From a bacterium (GTDB lineage Bacteria > J088 > JAWLBW01), in NCBI GenBank assembly GCA_041690355.1, contig JAWLHK010000004.1, positions 248,001-299,553 of the forward strand: a DNA stretch of 51,553 nt, in the 5' to 3' direction. The position numbers and the translations under genes are program-made. Below, one piece after another: positions 10,541 to 22,066 of this stretch. Numbering within the stretch: the stretch's first letter is position 1; each line of letters starts with the position of its first letter. The notes below the pieces were generated by a model. It searched no databases and was not told the origin of the DNA. It worked only from the letters and a program-made list of their open reading frames with translations.

Positions 10541-10589
10541 GAAAAAAACAAAAAGGGCTTCGGATGTCTCCGAAGCCCTTTGTTTTTTC
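10541..10589. terminator. Bidirectional intrinsic terminator between the DoxX gene and tRNA-Ala
   Basis: AAAGGGCTTCGGA-TGTC-TCCGAAGCCCTTT hairpin flanked by A-rich and T-rich runs. Confidence 0.85.
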
Positions 10590-10594
10590 TATCT

Positions 10595-10670
<76 letters not shown>

Positions 10671-10851
10671 GAGGTCTCTGGGCAGGCGACCGTGGCCACC
10701 TGAAACTTTTAGAATATCCGAAAGGGGAGACAAGAGTCAAGGCTGACGTTGGTCTTCGGACGTCGGACGCCGGACGTCGGCTAAAACAAGTGCAGGCCCG
10801 GCAGTTGCGGATCAACCACGGAGACTCCCCAAGGACGCCGACCGGTAGGAT

Positions 10852-11027
10852 ACCCACGCCCTTGCCGGAAATTCGTCACTCGTCACTCGGGAGAGCGCCG
10901 AGCACTGAGCACTGAAGAGGCCGCAAGGTCTACTGTAAGGTGCCCCCCTCGGGGGAACGCTTTCGGCAATTGCTTTCGAGATGGAGGGGGGCAAATCGTC
11001 AATCGTAAATCGTCAATTGTAAATTCG
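10852..11027. repeat. Composite intergenic repeat built of heptamers, copy A
   Basis: CGTCACT x2, GAGCACT x2 and AATCGT(C/A) runs. 10852-10886 is the exact reverse complement of 34261-34295. Confidence 0.8.
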
Positions 11028-11778
11028 TGAGCACGCCCGGTTCCCGCAGGAATCCCGCGACCGCCGCCACGTCGGCTTCCGTGAGTCCCGCGACCGTTTC
11101 GAGCGCCTCGCCGAACGCCATCTCCGCCTGCAGGGCCCTCATTAGTTCCGCCTGGGGGACGGGGAGCACGACGGTGCGCACCGTGAGGTCCGGGTCGCGC
11201 CAGACGAGCACCGGTTCGGGGCGGTCCGCGAGATCCAGTTCCGCCTCGTTTCCCGGCGCGTCGACCAGGGCGCGCAGGGTCGCAATCGGCCAAGGGGAAT
11301 CGACGAGCGCCGCCGCCGGCGCAAAGCGGGGTCGCCAGCGGGCCAGCACATCGGCATCGGCAGGAAACTCGGGGGCGCCAGCACTTCCCCGCGCAAAGAA
11401 CGCCAGGTGCACGGCGTGCTCCAGGCGCGCCAGATCGCCGAGGAAGGGAAAGTCGGCCAGCTCCGGCTCACCCTGCAGGAACGCGGGGAACCGATTGCCC
11501 GCGCGGCCGAGATCCCAGGTGCGCGAACGGTGCCCATCCGCAAACCGGTGCGCCAGGATCTGGAAGTTCTCTTCGCCCAAAATCCTGCGGACGGCAGGAA
11601 ACGCCTCGATCAACGCCTCGTGCAGCCGCGCGCGGTAGCCCTCGACGTAGACGTCGAACCGGTGCGCGCTATCGGGGGCCAGCAGCGACCGGAGGCGGGC
11701 AAGTTCACCCTCGTTCCCCGAAAAGAGCGCGTCGAGCAGTGTCTGCTGGAAGGTAGCCAGCGTACGGTCAGACGTCAT
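10999..11778 (-). CDS. DUF2063-family MNIO partner protein (BufC/HvfC-like)
   Basis: [41 protein letters not shown]...[22 protein letters not shown]. Alternative ATG at 11793. Confidence 0.88.
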   Translation of the reverse strand: MTSDRTLATFQQTLLDALFSGNEGELARLRSLLAPDSAHRFDVYVEGYRARLHEALIEAFPAVRRILGEENFQILAHRFADGHRSRTWDLGRAGNRFPAFLQGEPELADFPFLGDLARLEHAVHLAFFARGSAGAPEFPADADVLARWRPRFAPAAALVDSPWPIATLRALVDAPGNEAELDLADRPEPVLVWRDPDLTVRTVVLPVPQAELMRALQAEMAFGEALETVAGLTEADVAAVAGFLREPGVLTNLQLTIYD

Positions 11779-11822
11779 GCCGCAGCGCGCCATGCTTGAT
11801 AAATCGGAAACACATGTAAAAC

Positions 11823-11851
11823 TTTACCAGCCTTGGGCAGGGCGGTACAAT
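11823..11851 (+). promoter_or_regulatory. Putative sigma70-type promoter of the poly-HAMP kinase
   Basis: TTTACC-N17-TACAAT, 60 bp upstream of ATG 11912. Confidence 0.45.
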
Positions 11852-11911
11852 CTTGGCGACCCTTGTCCGGCAGGGCCCCGAAGCGCCCGCCCCCCTTTTC
11901 GAGGACTTTCC

Positions 11912-14900
11912 ATGGCCACGACACGAATCCTTGAAGACGCCATCGATACCACCCAGCTTCTCAAAGTACTGACCGCCGTCAAGAAGGGCAACTTCGCCGT
12001 ACGCATGCCGCTCGATTCCGACGGCGTGGCCGGCAAGATCTACGACGCCCTGAACGACATCATCGACATGAACGACCGCCTGAGCAAAGAGCTCGAGCGC
12101 ATCTCGTCGTCGGTGGGTAAAGAGGGCAAGCTCACGCAGCGCGCTTCGCTCCCGGGTTCGAGCGGCCGGTGGAAAAGCTCCATGGAGGCGATCAACAACC
12201 TGATTACCAACCTCGTGCAGCCGACGACCGAAATGGCGCGCGTCATCAACGCCGTCGCCAAGGGCGATCTGACCCAGAAGGTGAGCACCGAGGTCGAGGG
12301 GCGCCCCCTGCGCGGCGAGTTCCTGCGCACGGCCCGCGTCGTCAACGGCATGGTCGATCAGCTCTCGTCGTTCGCCTCGGAGGTGACCCGCGTCGCCCGC
12401 GAAGTCGGCACCGAAGGCAAGCTGGGCGGACAGGCCGTCGTGAAGGGGGTGACGGGGACGTGGAAGGATCTCACCGACAACGTGAACTCCATGGCCAACA
12501 ACCTGACGTCGCAGGTGCGCAACATCGCCGAGGTGACGACGGCCGTGGCCCGCGGCGACCTCTCCAAGAAGATCACCGTCGACGTGCGCGGCGAAATTCT
12601 CGAACTCAAGAACACAATCAACACGATGGTCGATCAGCTGTCGGTCTTCGCCTCGGAAGTGACCCGCGTGGCGCGCGAGGTCGGCACCGAAGGGCGTCTC
12701 GGCGGCCAGGCGGTCGTGCGCGGCGTAGCGGGAACGTGGAAGGATCTCACCGACACCGTAAACGCCATGGCCTCGAACCTCACTTCGCAGGTTCGCAACA
12801 TCGCCCAGGTGACGACGGCCGTGGCCACCGGCGACCTCTCGAAGAAGATCACCGTCGACGTGAAGGGGGAGATCGCCGAGCTCAAGGACACCATCAATAC
12901 GATGGTCGACCAGTTGAACTCCTTCGCCTCGGAGGTGACCCGCGTCGCCCGCGAAGTGGGCACCGAAGGCAAGCTCGGCGGGCAGGCGCAGGTGACCGGC
13001 GTCGGCGGCACGTGGAAGGATCTCACCGAGACCGTGAACGCCATGGCCTCGAACCTCACCGGCCAGGTGCGCAACATCGCCGAAGTCGCCACCGCCATCG
13101 CCCGCGGCAACCTCTCGAAGAAGATCACGGTCGACGTCAAAGGCGAAATCGCGGAACTCAAGGACACCATCAACACGATGGTCGACCAGCTGAACTCCTT
13201 CGCCTCGGAAGTGACCCGCGTCGCCCGCGAGGTCGGTACCGAAGGCAAGCTCGGCGGACAGGCCAAGGTCGAAGGGGTCGCCGGCACGTGGAAGGATCTG
13301 ACCGACACCGTGAACTCCATGGCCTCGAACCTGACGAACCAGGTGCGCAACATCGCCGAGGTCTCGACGGCCATCGCCCGCGGCGATCTGTCCAAGAAGA
13401 TTACCGTGGACGTGCAGGGCGAAATTCTCGCCCTCAAGGAAACCATCAACACGATGGTCGACCAGCTCTCATCCTTCGCCGCCGAGGTGACCCGCGTCGC
13501 CCGCGAAGTCGGCACAGAGGGAAAACTGGGCGGGCAGGCCAAAGTCGATGGCGTGGCCGGTACGTGGAAGGACCTCACCGACAACGTCAACTCCATGGCC
13601 TCGAACCTGACGTCTCAGGTGCGCAACATCGCCGAGGTCACGACGGCCGTGGCCCTGGGCGACCTGACCAAGAAGATTACTGTCGACGTGAAGGGCGAAA
13701 TCGCCCAGCTCAAAGGCACGATCAACACGATGGTCGATCAGCTCTCGTCCTTCGCCGCCGAGGTGACCCGCGTCGCCCGCGAGGTCGGTACCGAAGGCAA
13801 GCTGGGCGGACAGGCCGTCGTACGCGGCGTCGGCGGAACGTGGAAGGATCTGACCGACACCGTCAACTCGATGGCCTCGAACCTTACGAACCAGGTGCGC
13901 AACATCGCCGAAGTCGCGACCGCCATCGCGCGCGGCGACCTTTCGCGCAAGATCACCGTCGACGTGCGCGGCGAAATCCTTGAACTGAAAATCACGATCA
14001 ACACGATGGTCGACCAGCTCTCCTCCTTCGGTTCCGAAGTGACCCGCGTCGCCCGCGAAGTCGGCACGGAGGGTAAGCTCGGCGGACAGGCCATCGTGCA
14101 GGGGGTCGGCGGCACGTGGAAGGATCTCACCGACAACGTGAACTCCATGGCCTCGAACCTGACGAACCAGGTGCGCAACATCGCCCAGGTCGCCACCGCC
14201 ATCGCCCGCGGCGACCTCTCACGCAAGATCACCGTCGACGTCAAGGGTGAAATGCTCGAGCTCAAGAACACGATCAACACCATGGTCGACCAGCTGTCGT
14301 CCTTCGGCTCTGAAGTGACGCGCGTCGCCCGCGAAGTGGGAACAGAAGGTAAACTTGGCGGCCAGGCGCGCGTGCAGGGGGTCGCCGGCACGTGGAAGGA
14401 TCTCACCGACAACGTGAACCTGCTGGCCGCCAACCTGACCACCCAGGTGCGCGCCATCAGCGACGTGGCCACCGCTGTCGCCAAGGGCGACCTGAGCCGT
14501 TCGATTCAGGTCGTGGCGGCCGGCGAGGTGGCCGCCCTGAAGGACAACGTCAATGAGATGATCCGCAACCTCAAGGAGACGACGCAGATCAATACGGCGC
14601 AGGACTGGCTCAAGACCCACATGGCCAAGTTCTCGCGCATGCTTCAGGGGCAGCGCGACCTGCTCACCGTCTCGCGTAAGGTGCTCTCGGACCTCGCACC
14701 CCTCGTCAACGCGCAGTACGGCGTATTCTATCTGGCCGACGATCACGAAGACCCGACCCTGCGTCTGCTCGCCACCTACGCGTACAAACCACGCAAGGGG
14801 CAGCCCACGGAGATCCGCTTCGGCGAAGGACTGGTCGGCCAGTGCGCCATCGAGAAGCAGATGTCGCTGCTCAACAATCTGCCCGACAACTATGTGCACG

Positions 14901-17332
14901 TCAGCTCGGGGCTCGGTTCTGCGCCGCCGCGTAACGTGATCGTGCTGCCGGTGCTCTTCGAAGGGACGACGAAGGCGGTCATCGAGCTCGCCTCGATGGA
15001 GCCGTTCAGCGAACTCCACCTGACGCTGCTCGAGCAGCTCGCCGACGCCCTCGGCGTGGTCATCAACACCATTTCGGCGAATGAGCGCACCGAAGAGCTG
15101 CTCAAGCAGTCGCAGCAGATGACCGAAGAGCTCCAGAAGCAGCAGGAGAAGCTTCGCCACACGAACGCAGAGCTCGAAGAGAAGGCGCTGCTGCTCGCTC
15201 AGCAGAAGCGCGAGGTCGAAATCAAGAACGCCGAGGTCGAGTTCGCCAAGCGGACAATCGAGGAAAAAGCGAATCAGCTCGCGCTGACCTCCAAATACAA
15301 GTCCGAATTCCTCGCGAACATGTCGCACGAGCTGCGCACGCCGCTGAACTCCCTGCTCATTCTCTCGAAGATGCTCTCGGAGAATACCGACGGCAATCTT
15401 TCTGAGCGCCAGGTGGAATTCGCCGAAACCATTTACTCCTCTGGCAACGATCTGCTCGAGCTGATTAACGAAATCCTCGATCTTTCCAAGATTGAGTCGG
15501 GGACGATGGCCGTCGACAAGACCGACGTCTCCTTCCGGGATCTTCAGGAGTACGTCGAGCGCACCTTCAGCCAGATCGCCGTCAACAAGGGGCTGGAGTT
15601 CCGCATCCGGGTCGACGACGCCCTCACACCCTCCATGCACACCGACGTGAAGCGCCTGCAACAGGTGCTCAAGAACCTGCTGTCCAACGCCTTCAAGTTC
15701 ACCGACGCCGGCGAAGTGGAGCTGAGTATCTTCAGTGCGACCGAAGGGTGGAGCCCGGGCCATCCGACGCTCGGTGCCGGCGACCAGGTCGTCGCCTTCT
15801 CTGTCCGCGACACGGGTATCGGTATCCCGGCCGACAAACAGAAGATCATCTTCGAGGCTTTTCAGCAGGCAGACGGAACCACAAGCCGCAAGTACGGCGG
15901 CACCGGCCTGGGACTTTCCATCAGCCGCGAGATTGCAAAGCTGCTGGGCGGCGAACTGCGCGTCACGTCAAACCCCGGCGAGGGGAGTATGTTTACGCTC
16001 TTTGTTCCGGTCGGCGACGTTGCCCGCACCTGGACGGCCGCACCCGTGCTCCAGCCTTCGGAGAAGGTGCACCGGCCCGAGCGGGAGCGCGAACGCGGCG
16101 AAAGCTACCCCCTCTTCTCCGGCGACGACCGTGACATTGTCCAGGCCGACGATCTGAGTGTCCTTATCATTGAAGACGATCCCCACTACGCCCAGATCCT
16201 GGTCGACGCCGCGCGCGCCACCGGCTTCCGGGGCGTGGTTGCCACCAACGGCGCAGCGGCCCTGCGCGATGCGCGCACGCTGCGTCCGCAGGCCATCACG
16301 CTCGACATCCGGCTCCCCGACATGGACGGCTGGGCCGTGCTCGACCGGCTGAAGCACGACCCCGCCACGCGGCACATTCCCGTGCACATCGTGTCGATCG
16401 ACGAAGCCCTGCACCGGGGGATGCGGCTCGGGGCCTACGCCTTCGTGCAGAAGCCGAGCGATCGGGCCCAGGTCGAGGGGATCTTCGCGCGCCTGAAGTC
16501 GTTCTCGGAGCGACCGGTGCGCCGCATGCTCCTGGTCGAAGACGACGACGTACAGCGGCGCAGCCTGCGCGAGCTGATCGGGCACGAAGACATCGAGATC
16601 GACGAGGCGCGCAGCGGCGAAGAAGCCGTCGTGAAGCTCGGCAGTGACCGCTTCGACTGCATCGTGCTGGATCTCGGGCTCCCCGACGTCGAAGGCATAG
16701 AGCTCGTTCGGCGCGTGAAAGAGGCGGCCGGCCCCGTGCCCATCATCATCTATACCGGCCGCGACCTCGCGCCGCAGGAAGAGACCGAACTCCGCCGGTA
16801 TGCCGAAAGCATCGTCGTCAAGGGTCCGAGCGCGCCCGAACGCCTTCTCGACGAGACCGTCCTGTTCCTGCACCGCGTCTACACGGGCCTGTCGAACAAC
16901 CAGCGCGAGATGATCCAGGCCGCTCACCTCAACGAGCCGCTGCTCGACGGCCGTAAGGTGCTCATCGTCGACGACGACGTGCGCAACATTTATGCGCTCA
17001 CCAGCGTTCTCGAGCGCTATCGCATGAACGTGGTGCACGCCGAGAACGGCCGGGACGCCATCAGCCGCCTGCAGAACCAGACCGACATCGACATCGTGCT
17101 CATGGACGTCATGATGCCCGAGATGGATGGCTACGAAACCATGCGCTCCATCCGGCGCATCCCGCGACTGGCGGCACTGCCGATCATCGCCGTGACCGCC
17201 AAGGCCATGAAAGGCGACCGCGAGAAGTGCCTCGAGGCCGGCGCCTCGGAGTACATCACGAAGCCGGTCGATCCCGAGCACCTCGCTTCTCTGCTGCGCA
17301 TCCTGCTGTCGCGCGAAGGACGCACGTGCTGA
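11912..17332 (+). CDS. Hybrid sensor histidine kinase: poly-HAMP, GAF, HisKA, HATPase, three receiver domains
   Basis: GAGGA RBS; tandem 92-aa HAMP repeats; [15 protein letters not shown]-box; [23 protein letters not shown]; three REC domains (IIEDD, LVEDD, IVDDD). Confidence 0.95.
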   Translation: MATTRILEDAIDTTQLLKVLTAVKKGNFAVRMPLDSDGVAGKIYDALNDIIDMNDRLSKELERISSSVGKEGKLTQRASLPGSSGRWKSSMEAINNLITNLVQPTTEMARVINAVAKGDLTQKVSTEVEGRPLRGEFLRTARVVNGMVDQLSSFASEVTRVAREVGTEGKLGGQAVVKGVTGTWKDLTDNVNSMANNLTSQVRNIAEVTTAVARGDLSKKITVDVRGEILELKNTINTMVDQLSVFASEVTRVAREVGTEGRLGGQAVVRGVAGTWKDLTDTVNAMASNLTSQVRNIAQVTTAVATGDLSKKITVDVKGEIAELKDTINTMVDQLNSFASEVTRVAREVGTEGKLGGQAQVTGVGGTWKDLTETVNAMASNLTGQVRNIAEVATAIARGNLSKKITVDVKGEIAELKDTINTMVDQLNSFASEVTRVAREVGTEGKLGGQAKVEGVAGTWKDLTDTVNSMASNLTNQVRNIAEVSTAIARGDLSKKITVDVQGEILALKETINTMVDQLSSFAAEVTRVAREVGTEGKLGGQAKVDGVAGTWKDLTDNVNSMASNLTSQVRNIAEVTTAVALGDLTKKITVDVKGEIAQLKGTINTMVDQLSSFAAEVTRVAREVGTEGKLGGQAVVRGVGGTWKDLTDTVNSMASNLTNQVRNIAEVATAIARGDLSRKITVDVRGEILELKITINTMVDQLSSFGSEVTRVAREVGTEGKLGGQAIVQGVGGTWKDLTDNVNSMASNLTNQVRNIAQVATAIARGDLSRKITVDVKGEMLELKNTINTMVDQLSSFGSEVTRVAREVGTEGKLGGQARVQGVAGTWKDLTDNVNLLAANLTTQVRAISDVATAVAKGDLSRSIQVVAAGEVAALKDNVNEMIRNLKETTQINTAQDWLKTHMAKFSRMLQGQRDLLTVSRKVLSDLAPLVNAQYGVFYLADDHEDPTLRLLATYAYKPRKGQPTEIRFGEGLVGQCAIEKQMSLLNNLPDNYVHVSSGLGSAPPRNVIVLPVLFEGTTKAVIELASMEPFSELHLTLLEQLADALGVVINTISANERTEELLKQSQQMTEELQKQQEKLRHTNAELEEKALLLAQQKREVEIKNAEVEFAKRTIEEKANQLALTSKYKSEFLANMSHELRTPLNSLLILSKMLSENTDGNLSERQVEFAETIYSSGNDLLELINEILDLSKIESGTMAVDKTDVSFRDLQEYVERTFSQIAVNKGLEFRIRVDDALTPSMHTDVKRLQQVLKNLLSNAFKFTDAGEVELSIFSATEGWSPGHPTLGAGDQVVAFSVRDTGIGIPADKQKIIFEAFQQADGTTSRKYGGTGLGLSISREIAKLLGGELRVTSNPGEGSMFTLFVPVGDVARTWTAAPVLQPSEKVHRPERERERGESYPLFSGDDRDIVQADDLSVLIIEDDPHYAQILVDAARATGFRGVVATNGAAALRDARTLRPQAITLDIRLPDMDGWAVLDRLKHDPATRHIPVHIVSIDEALHRGMRLGAYAFVQKPSDRAQVEGIFARLKSFSERPVRRMLLVEDDDVQRRSLRELIGHEDIEIDEARSGEEAVVKLGSDRFDCIVLDLGLPDVEGIELVRRVKEAAGPVPIIIYTGRDLAPQEETELRRYAESIVVKGPSAPERLLDETVLFLHRVYTGLSNNQREMIQAAHLNEPLLDGRKVLIVDDDVRNIYALTSVLERYRMNVVHAENGRDAISRLQNQTDIDIVLMDVMMPEMDGYETMRSIRRIPRLAALPIIAVTAKAMKGDREKCLEAGASEYITKPVDPEHLASLLRILLSREGRTC
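12340..14560 (+). repeat. Intragenic 276-bp tandem repeats (poly-HAMP)
   Basis: The WKDLT-coding sequence recurs eight times at a 276-bp period from about 12461 to about 14393. Confidence 0.92.
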
Positions 17333-18129
17333 GAACCCCCACACCGCTCGAAGTCGACCTGCTCCTCGAGGCCGTACGCCGGCTCAGCGGGTGCGATTTC
17401 AGCGCGCACTCGCGGGCCATGCTTCTCGAGCGGATCGAAGCCTTCTGCGGTGACAGCGACGTCACCACGATGCCGCAGCTCATCGATCGCATCCTGGTCG
17501 ACGACGGCGAGCGCCATGCGCTCATCGTCGCCCTTACGCGCGCGCCGGGTCCGCTTTTCCGCGACGTCCCCTTCTTCGAGGCCGTTCGCGACCGGGTTAT
17601 TCCGCTCCTGCGCACCTATCCCTCGATCCGCGTGTGGAATCCGGGGTGCGGCAACGGCGCCGATGCCGTCACCCTGGCCGCGCTGCTCGCCGAGGCGAAC
17701 CTGCTCGCACGGTGCCGGATTTACGCGACCGACCTGAACCAGAGATCGGTCGACGCGGCCGGCCGCGGCGTTTTCGACGACGTCTTCCGCCTTGAGGCGC
17801 AGGGGCTTCTCGCGCGCTATCCCGGATACTTTGTGCGACAGGGCCGGCGCATCCGTGCGCGGCCGGAACTGCGCCGGAACATCCTCTTTGCGGTGCACAG
17901 TCTGAGCACCGACGCCGACTTCAACGATTTTCACTTCATCCTGTGCCGTAATACCCTGCCCGCCTACGCGCCCCCGGTTCAGGCGCGCGCGTTTCGCCTG
18001 TTCCACCGCAGCCTCGTCTCTCTCGGCTTTCTCGCGCTGGGTCGGGGCGAGACTCTCGGCAGGCATCCCCACAGGCATGTTTACGAACCCCTGGATGAAG
18101 ACGCACGCATTTACAGGAGGCTGTCATGA
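17326..18129 (+). CDS. cheR: CheR-family methyltransferase (divergent)
   Basis: GTG overlaps the kinase stop. [32 protein letters not shown] motifs. Confidence 0.82.
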   Translation: MLRTPTPLEVDLLLEAVRRLSGCDFSAHSRAMLLERIEAFCGDSDVTTMPQLIDRILVDDGERHALIVALTRAPGPLFRDVPFFEAVRDRVIPLLRTYPSIRVWNPGCGNGADAVTLAALLAEANLLARCRIYATDLNQRSVDAAGRGVFDDVFRLEAQGLLARYPGYFVRQGRRIRARPELRRNILFAVHSLSTDADFNDFHFILCRNTLPAYAPPVQARAFRLFHRSLVSLGFLALGRGETLGRHPHRHVYEPLDEDARIYRRLS

Positions 18130-18157
18130 CACCCGTTGCCGAGCGCCGGAGCGGCTC

Positions 18158-19795
18158 ATGAACACTCCCCAGCGCGCACCCGTGCGCATCCTGCTCGTAG
18201 ACGATCTGGCCGCCAATCTGGTGGCCCTCAAGGAGATGCTGGCGAGCCCGGAATATACCCTCGTGACCGCCGCGAGCGGCCGTGAGGCCCTGCGGTGCCT
18301 GCTTGAAGGGGATTTCGCGGTCATCCTGCTTGACGTTTCGATGCCCGAGATGAATGGCTTCGAGGTCGCCGAGGCCGTCAAGGCGCGTGACCGGACCCGC
18401 GGCACGCCGATCATCTTTCTCACCGCCCTGCGTACCGACGTCAACAGCATCTATCGTGCCTACTCGGCGGGCGGTGTGGACTATCTCGAGAAGCCGCTCG
18501 ATGCGGAGATCGTCCGGGCCAAGGTCGCCGTCTTCGTGGAGCTGTACCGCCACAAGAGAGATCTCACGCTTAAGAACGAGCAGATCGCGCGGCAAGCCGA
18601 GCTCCTGCGTGAGAGCGAGCGCCGCGAGCAGGCCTACCGTCTGGCCGAGCTGCAGCGGGAGAGCGCCATCCGCTATCGGAACCTGGCGGAATCGATTCCG
18701 CAGATTGTCTGGACGGCCCGCCCCGACGGCGGGGTCGAATATATGAATGCGCGGTGGTCTGAGGCAACCGGGATGGCGCTGGCCGATGCACACGAAGAGG
18801 GCTGGCTCGAGGCCGTCGATACCCCGCAGCGGGAGGCATTCCTGATCGCCTGGCGGCAATGCCTGCGTGACCGGCGCCCCTTCGAGTCAGAGTGCCGGCT
18901 GCGCAGGGCGGCAGGCGAGCCTCGCTGGTACCTCTGCCGCGCGCTCCCCGAAGTCGACCGCGATGGCACGATCATCAACTGGCTCGGGACCTTTACCGAC
19001 ATCGACGAGGCCAAGCGCGCCTCTGAAGAGCGCGCGCTGCTGCTGGAGCGAGCCAATCGCGCGGTCGAGATCCGGGACGAATTTCTCTCGATTGCCTCCC
19101 ACGAGCTCAAGACGCCGCTGACCGCGCTGCGGCTGCAGCTTCAGCTGCTGCAACGGCGCCTCCAGATGGGCGGTGCCGATGACCCCCGGACGATGATTGA
19201 AGAAAAGCTCGGGCTGGTGAGCGGAGCCGTCCGGCGCATGACCGATCTGATCGACAATCTCCTGGATGTGACCCGTGTCGCCGCGGGGGTTCTCGAGCTC
19301 GACCGGAAAGAAACGCTGCTGAACGAGGCTGTCGAATCTGTGATCGCCAATCTCACGGCCGGTCACACGCCGGAGGTTCGCTTGCGAAGCGTCGCGCCGG
19401 TGGCGGGGTACTGGGACCGCCTGCGCATCGAACAGGTGCTCACCAATCTGGTTTCCAATGCCTTGAAGTACGGGGACGGAAAGCCGGTCGAGGTGTCAAT
19501 TGCCGAAGAGCCGGGCTGGGCCGTCGTAAGCATCCGCGACCACGGGATCGGCATCCGCAAGGACAAGCTCGGCACAATCTTCGACCGATTCGAGCGGCTC
19601 GTCGGCGGCAGACAGTACCCCGGCCTCGGGCTCGGGCTGTACATTTCCCGCGAAATCGTGCAGGCCCACGGCGGGCGGATCGAGGTGGAGAGCGCCCCTG
19701 ACTATGGATCCAGCTTCACCGTGCGTCTGCCCCTGGCCCGGCCCGGGGTCGCCGATGAACCAGCCGCGGGCCCGGCTGAACCGCTCTCGTCCTGA
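18158..19795 (+). CDS. Hybrid response regulator / PAS histidine kinase
   Basis: ILLVDD...LLDVSMPEMNG receiver; PAS (ESIPQIVW, WLGTFTDIDE); EFLSIASHELKTPL; NLVSNALKY, DHGIGI, GLGLGLYI. Confidence 0.93.
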   Translation: MNTPQRAPVRILLVDDLAANLVALKEMLASPEYTLVTAASGREALRCLLEGDFAVILLDVSMPEMNGFEVAEAVKARDRTRGTPIIFLTALRTDVNSIYRAYSAGGVDYLEKPLDAEIVRAKVAVFVELYRHKRDLTLKNEQIARQAELLRESERREQAYRLAELQRESAIRYRNLAESIPQIVWTARPDGGVEYMNARWSEATGMALADAHEEGWLEAVDTPQREAFLIAWRQCLRDRRPFESECRLRRAAGEPRWYLCRALPEVDRDGTIINWLGTFTDIDEAKRASEERALLLERANRAVEIRDEFLSIASHELKTPLTALRLQLQLLQRRLQMGGADDPRTMIEEKLGLVSGAVRRMTDLIDNLLDVTRVAAGVLELDRKETLLNEAVESVIANLTAGHTPEVRLRSVAPVAGYWDRLRIEQVLTNLVSNALKYGDGKPVEVSIAEEPGWAVVSIRDHGIGIRKDKLGTIFDRFERLVGGRQYPGLGLGLYISREIVQAHGGRIEVESAPDYGSSFTVRLPLARPGVADEPAAGPAEPLSS

Positions 19796-19807
19796 TTGCG
19801 CCCAGGC

Positions 19808-20671
19808 TCAGCGCGGGGCAAGCGCCGCTGACGCACGCTCACGGGCGCGGTCAGCCTCTTCGGCAAGCCGGGCAAACGCGGGGACGTCGGTATCCCACTC
19901 GATCAGCGTGCTCACCGGCCTGCGGGCGTGCCGCAGGGCTTCGGTGTAGAGGTCCCAGACGACGTCGGGCGTGGGCCCGACATGGTCGTCGAAGAGAAAA
20001 TCATCGCGCCGCGAGTGGCCGGCCACGTGAATCTCCACGATTCGCTCGGCAGGCATCCGCCGCACGTAGTCGAGCGGGTCCAGTCCATGATTGAAGGCGT
20101 TGACGACGACGTTGTTCACGTCGAGCAGCAGCAGGCAGTCGGCGCGCGCCGCCACTTCGGCCACGAATTCAGCCTCGGAGATGGTGTCAGCGCGGGTGCG
20201 GACGTAGGTGGAAATGTTTTCCACGGCGATGCGGCGGCCGAGCCGATCCTGGACGCGCAGAATGTTCTCGACGGCGATGCGCAGCGCCTCGTCGGTCAGG
20301 GGCAGGGGCAGGAGGTCATGGGAATGATGGCCGCCGAGGGAGCTGAAGCAGAGGTGATCCGAGATCCACATCGGTTCGATGGCCGCGGCCAGTTCCGCCA
20401 GGTGATCGAGGTAGGCCGCATCGACCCCGTCGGCGCTTCCGAGCGACATCGCGACGCCGTGCAGCGCGACCGGATGGTTCGCGCGGATCGCCTCGAGCTG
20501 GCGCCGCGCCGGCCCGTGAGAGTCGAGGAAGTTTTCGGTGATCGCCTCGAACCAGTCGACACGCCCCGGCGCTTCGCGGATCTCCGCATAGTGCGCCGAC
20601 TTGAGGCCGACACCCATGCCGACGTATGCCGGCCAGGATCGATGTTCAATGGCCAATGGTTGACCCTTCAT
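19808..20671 (-). CDS. DUF692 multinuclear non-heme iron oxidative enzyme (MNIO; BufB/HvfB-like)
   Basis: GVGLK..HY, WFEAITENF, HGVAMS, SDHLCF, DLLPLP, ENISTY, LLLDVNN, EIHVAGH, DDH, LIEWD. Start at 20671 after GAGGGGGG; the longer track start lies inside the IS. Confidence 0.95.
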   Translation of the reverse strand: MKGQPLAIEHRSWPAYVGMGVGLKSAHYAEIREAPGRVDWFEAITENFLDSHGPARRQLEAIRANHPVALHGVAMSLGSADGVDAAYLDHLAELAAAIEPMWISDHLCFSSLGGHHSHDLLPLPLTDEALRIAVENILRVQDRLGRRIAVENISTYVRTRADTISEAEFVAEVAARADCLLLLDVNNVVVNAFNHGLDPLDYVRRMPAERIVEIHVAGHSRRDDFLFDDHVGPTPDVVWDLYTEALRHARRPVSTLIEWDTDVPAFARLAEEADRARERASAALAPR

Positions 20672-20688
20672 TCGGGTCCCCCCTCGGG

Positions 20689-21990
20689 CTAAGCATTGAT
20701 CACATCTTTTGGCCTGGCTAACAGCCAGCCCAGTTCGTAATCGTGTAGTTTTTCCAGTCCGCGCCCTATTGTGAGCCACCCTGGAAGCCCATTTTGTTTC
20801 AGGTGCCCACCCAATGACGCGACGGTCGTCAAGGCATCCTGCACGGTCTTAAGCGGGAGGTTCGCCGTTCTTGGAAGGACTCGTAGAATTTCGAGCTGCG
20901 TTGGATTCAGCACCTCTGAAGCCGGCCGGTCGCCTCCGATGCGGGCGAGGGTGCGTAGTGTCAGCATTTGCAGCGCCATGGGTACAAAGATGCCCAAGGC
21001 AACCAGCATGTTCTCATACGATTCGAGCTGCCGCTTCTCCAGCTGGCAGCCGGTTTTCAATGCTTTAAAATACTCCTCCACTATCCACCGCGCACGGTAT
21101 ATGTCGACGATTCGCAGCATCGCCTCCGGCGTCGAAATACTCTCCGTGCTGTAGAGCAGCCACTCCACGGGCTTTACGTCGTCCGGTGCATTCACCTCCG
21201 TCACGCAAACAATATTCACCGGAATCCGACCGCTCGTCGTTTCGAGCTCGACACTGGTCGCGGCAATCGAAAGGGTGGCCAATCGGGCGTCGCGGGGTGG
21301 ATGGGCCTTCTGGTCCTCCTTGTTACCGGATTTTCTCCGACTCGGTAATTCAATCTCCCGCTCTGCCGCAACTTTCGCACGGGAGAGCGCTGTGGAGACG
21401 CGCTTGTCATCGCCAGCGATGCGACGATCGATTCTTCCCCGAATAACAAAGGCGCACTGCGAGGAAATGAGTTCAAAAAGGAGCTTGCCGTCGTCGCCCT
21501 CGCGATCCATCACGTGAATGGCTCGTCTGTCGAGGCACCTTTCGGACGCCTTGACTCCTTCCAGCCAACGGAGCTGTTCACTTGCAGCGCCTTCAGCCTT
21601 CTTCTCGTGCGCACCTCGAGGGCTCGGGATCACGCTCGCTAATCCCAATGGGACTCGGTTTTCAAGCTCCACGGCCAGCGACACATGGCAACGAAAATCA
21701 ACGGACGCGCTGTTGACGTCGGTGGTGTCGTGGAGGACAAGCAGGCTGCTCTGGCCCGCTGCGCGGGCCCTTGTCTGTGAGTAGTGCCCGGACAGAATTT
21801 CCGGCAATGATACCCGTTCGTTCCTGATAAACCGGTACGTTCCCTCGAGGTCACTGGATTTCATCGCCGCTGGAAAGCTTAATGAGGGATCGCTACGAAG
21901 CCTGTCGGCGATATGAATCAAACGGTTTTCAAGGCGCCTGTCGACCAGGCGCGAATATCGAAAATCACCGACGAAGTCGAAGGCTGACAT
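20689..21990 (-). CDS. IS4-family DDE transposase (Tn5-like)
   Basis: DRRLENRL...YRFIRNERV N-terminal domain; LHDTT, MDREGD, YRARWIVEEYFKALK (DDE/YREK). Stop codon coincides with the element end. Alternative GTG at 22014. Confidence 0.93.
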   Translation of the reverse strand: MSAFDFVGDFRYSRLVDRRLENRLIHIADRLRSDPSLSFPAAMKSSDLEGTYRFIRNERVSLPEILSGHYSQTRARAAGQSSLLVLHDTTDVNSASVDFRCHVSLAVELENRVPLGLASVIPSPRGAHEKKAEGAASEQLRWLEGVKASERCLDRRAIHVMDREGDDGKLLFELISSQCAFVIRGRIDRRIAGDDKRVSTALSRAKVAAEREIELPSRRKSGNKEDQKAHPPRDARLATLSIAATSVELETTSGRIPVNIVCVTEVNAPDDVKPVEWLLYSTESISTPEAMLRIVDIYRARWIVEEYFKALKTGCQLEKRQLESYENMLVALGIFVPMALQMLTLRTLARIGGDRPASEVLNPTQLEILRVLPRTANLPLKTVQDALTTVASLGGHLKQNGLPGWLTIGRGLEKLHDYELGWLLARPKDVINA

Positions 21991-22066
21991 GGAGACCCCA
22001 TAGCGCGTGTGCACTATATGGGATCAGAACCGACGATCCGTGTCCAGAGATGTGTATGATCTTTAG
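20689..22066 (-). mobile_element. Complete IS4-family (IS50/Tn5-like) insertion sequence, 1378 bp
   Basis: 19-bp ends CTAAGCATTGATCACATCT (20689-20707) and CTAAAGATCATACACATCT (reverse complement of 22048-22066), 13/19 identical. 9-bp target duplication CCCCTCGGG at 20680-20688 and 22067-22075. Visibly lower GC than flanks. Confidence 0.95.

Noticed and set aside
12340-14560. Regular repeats as a CRISPR array
   Set aside because: In-frame 276-bp coding repeats with no unique spacers and no cas genes.
20672-20779. N-terminal extension of DUF692 given by the ORF track
   Set aside because: Lies mostly within the IS end; ATG 20671 has an RBS and matches the family start.
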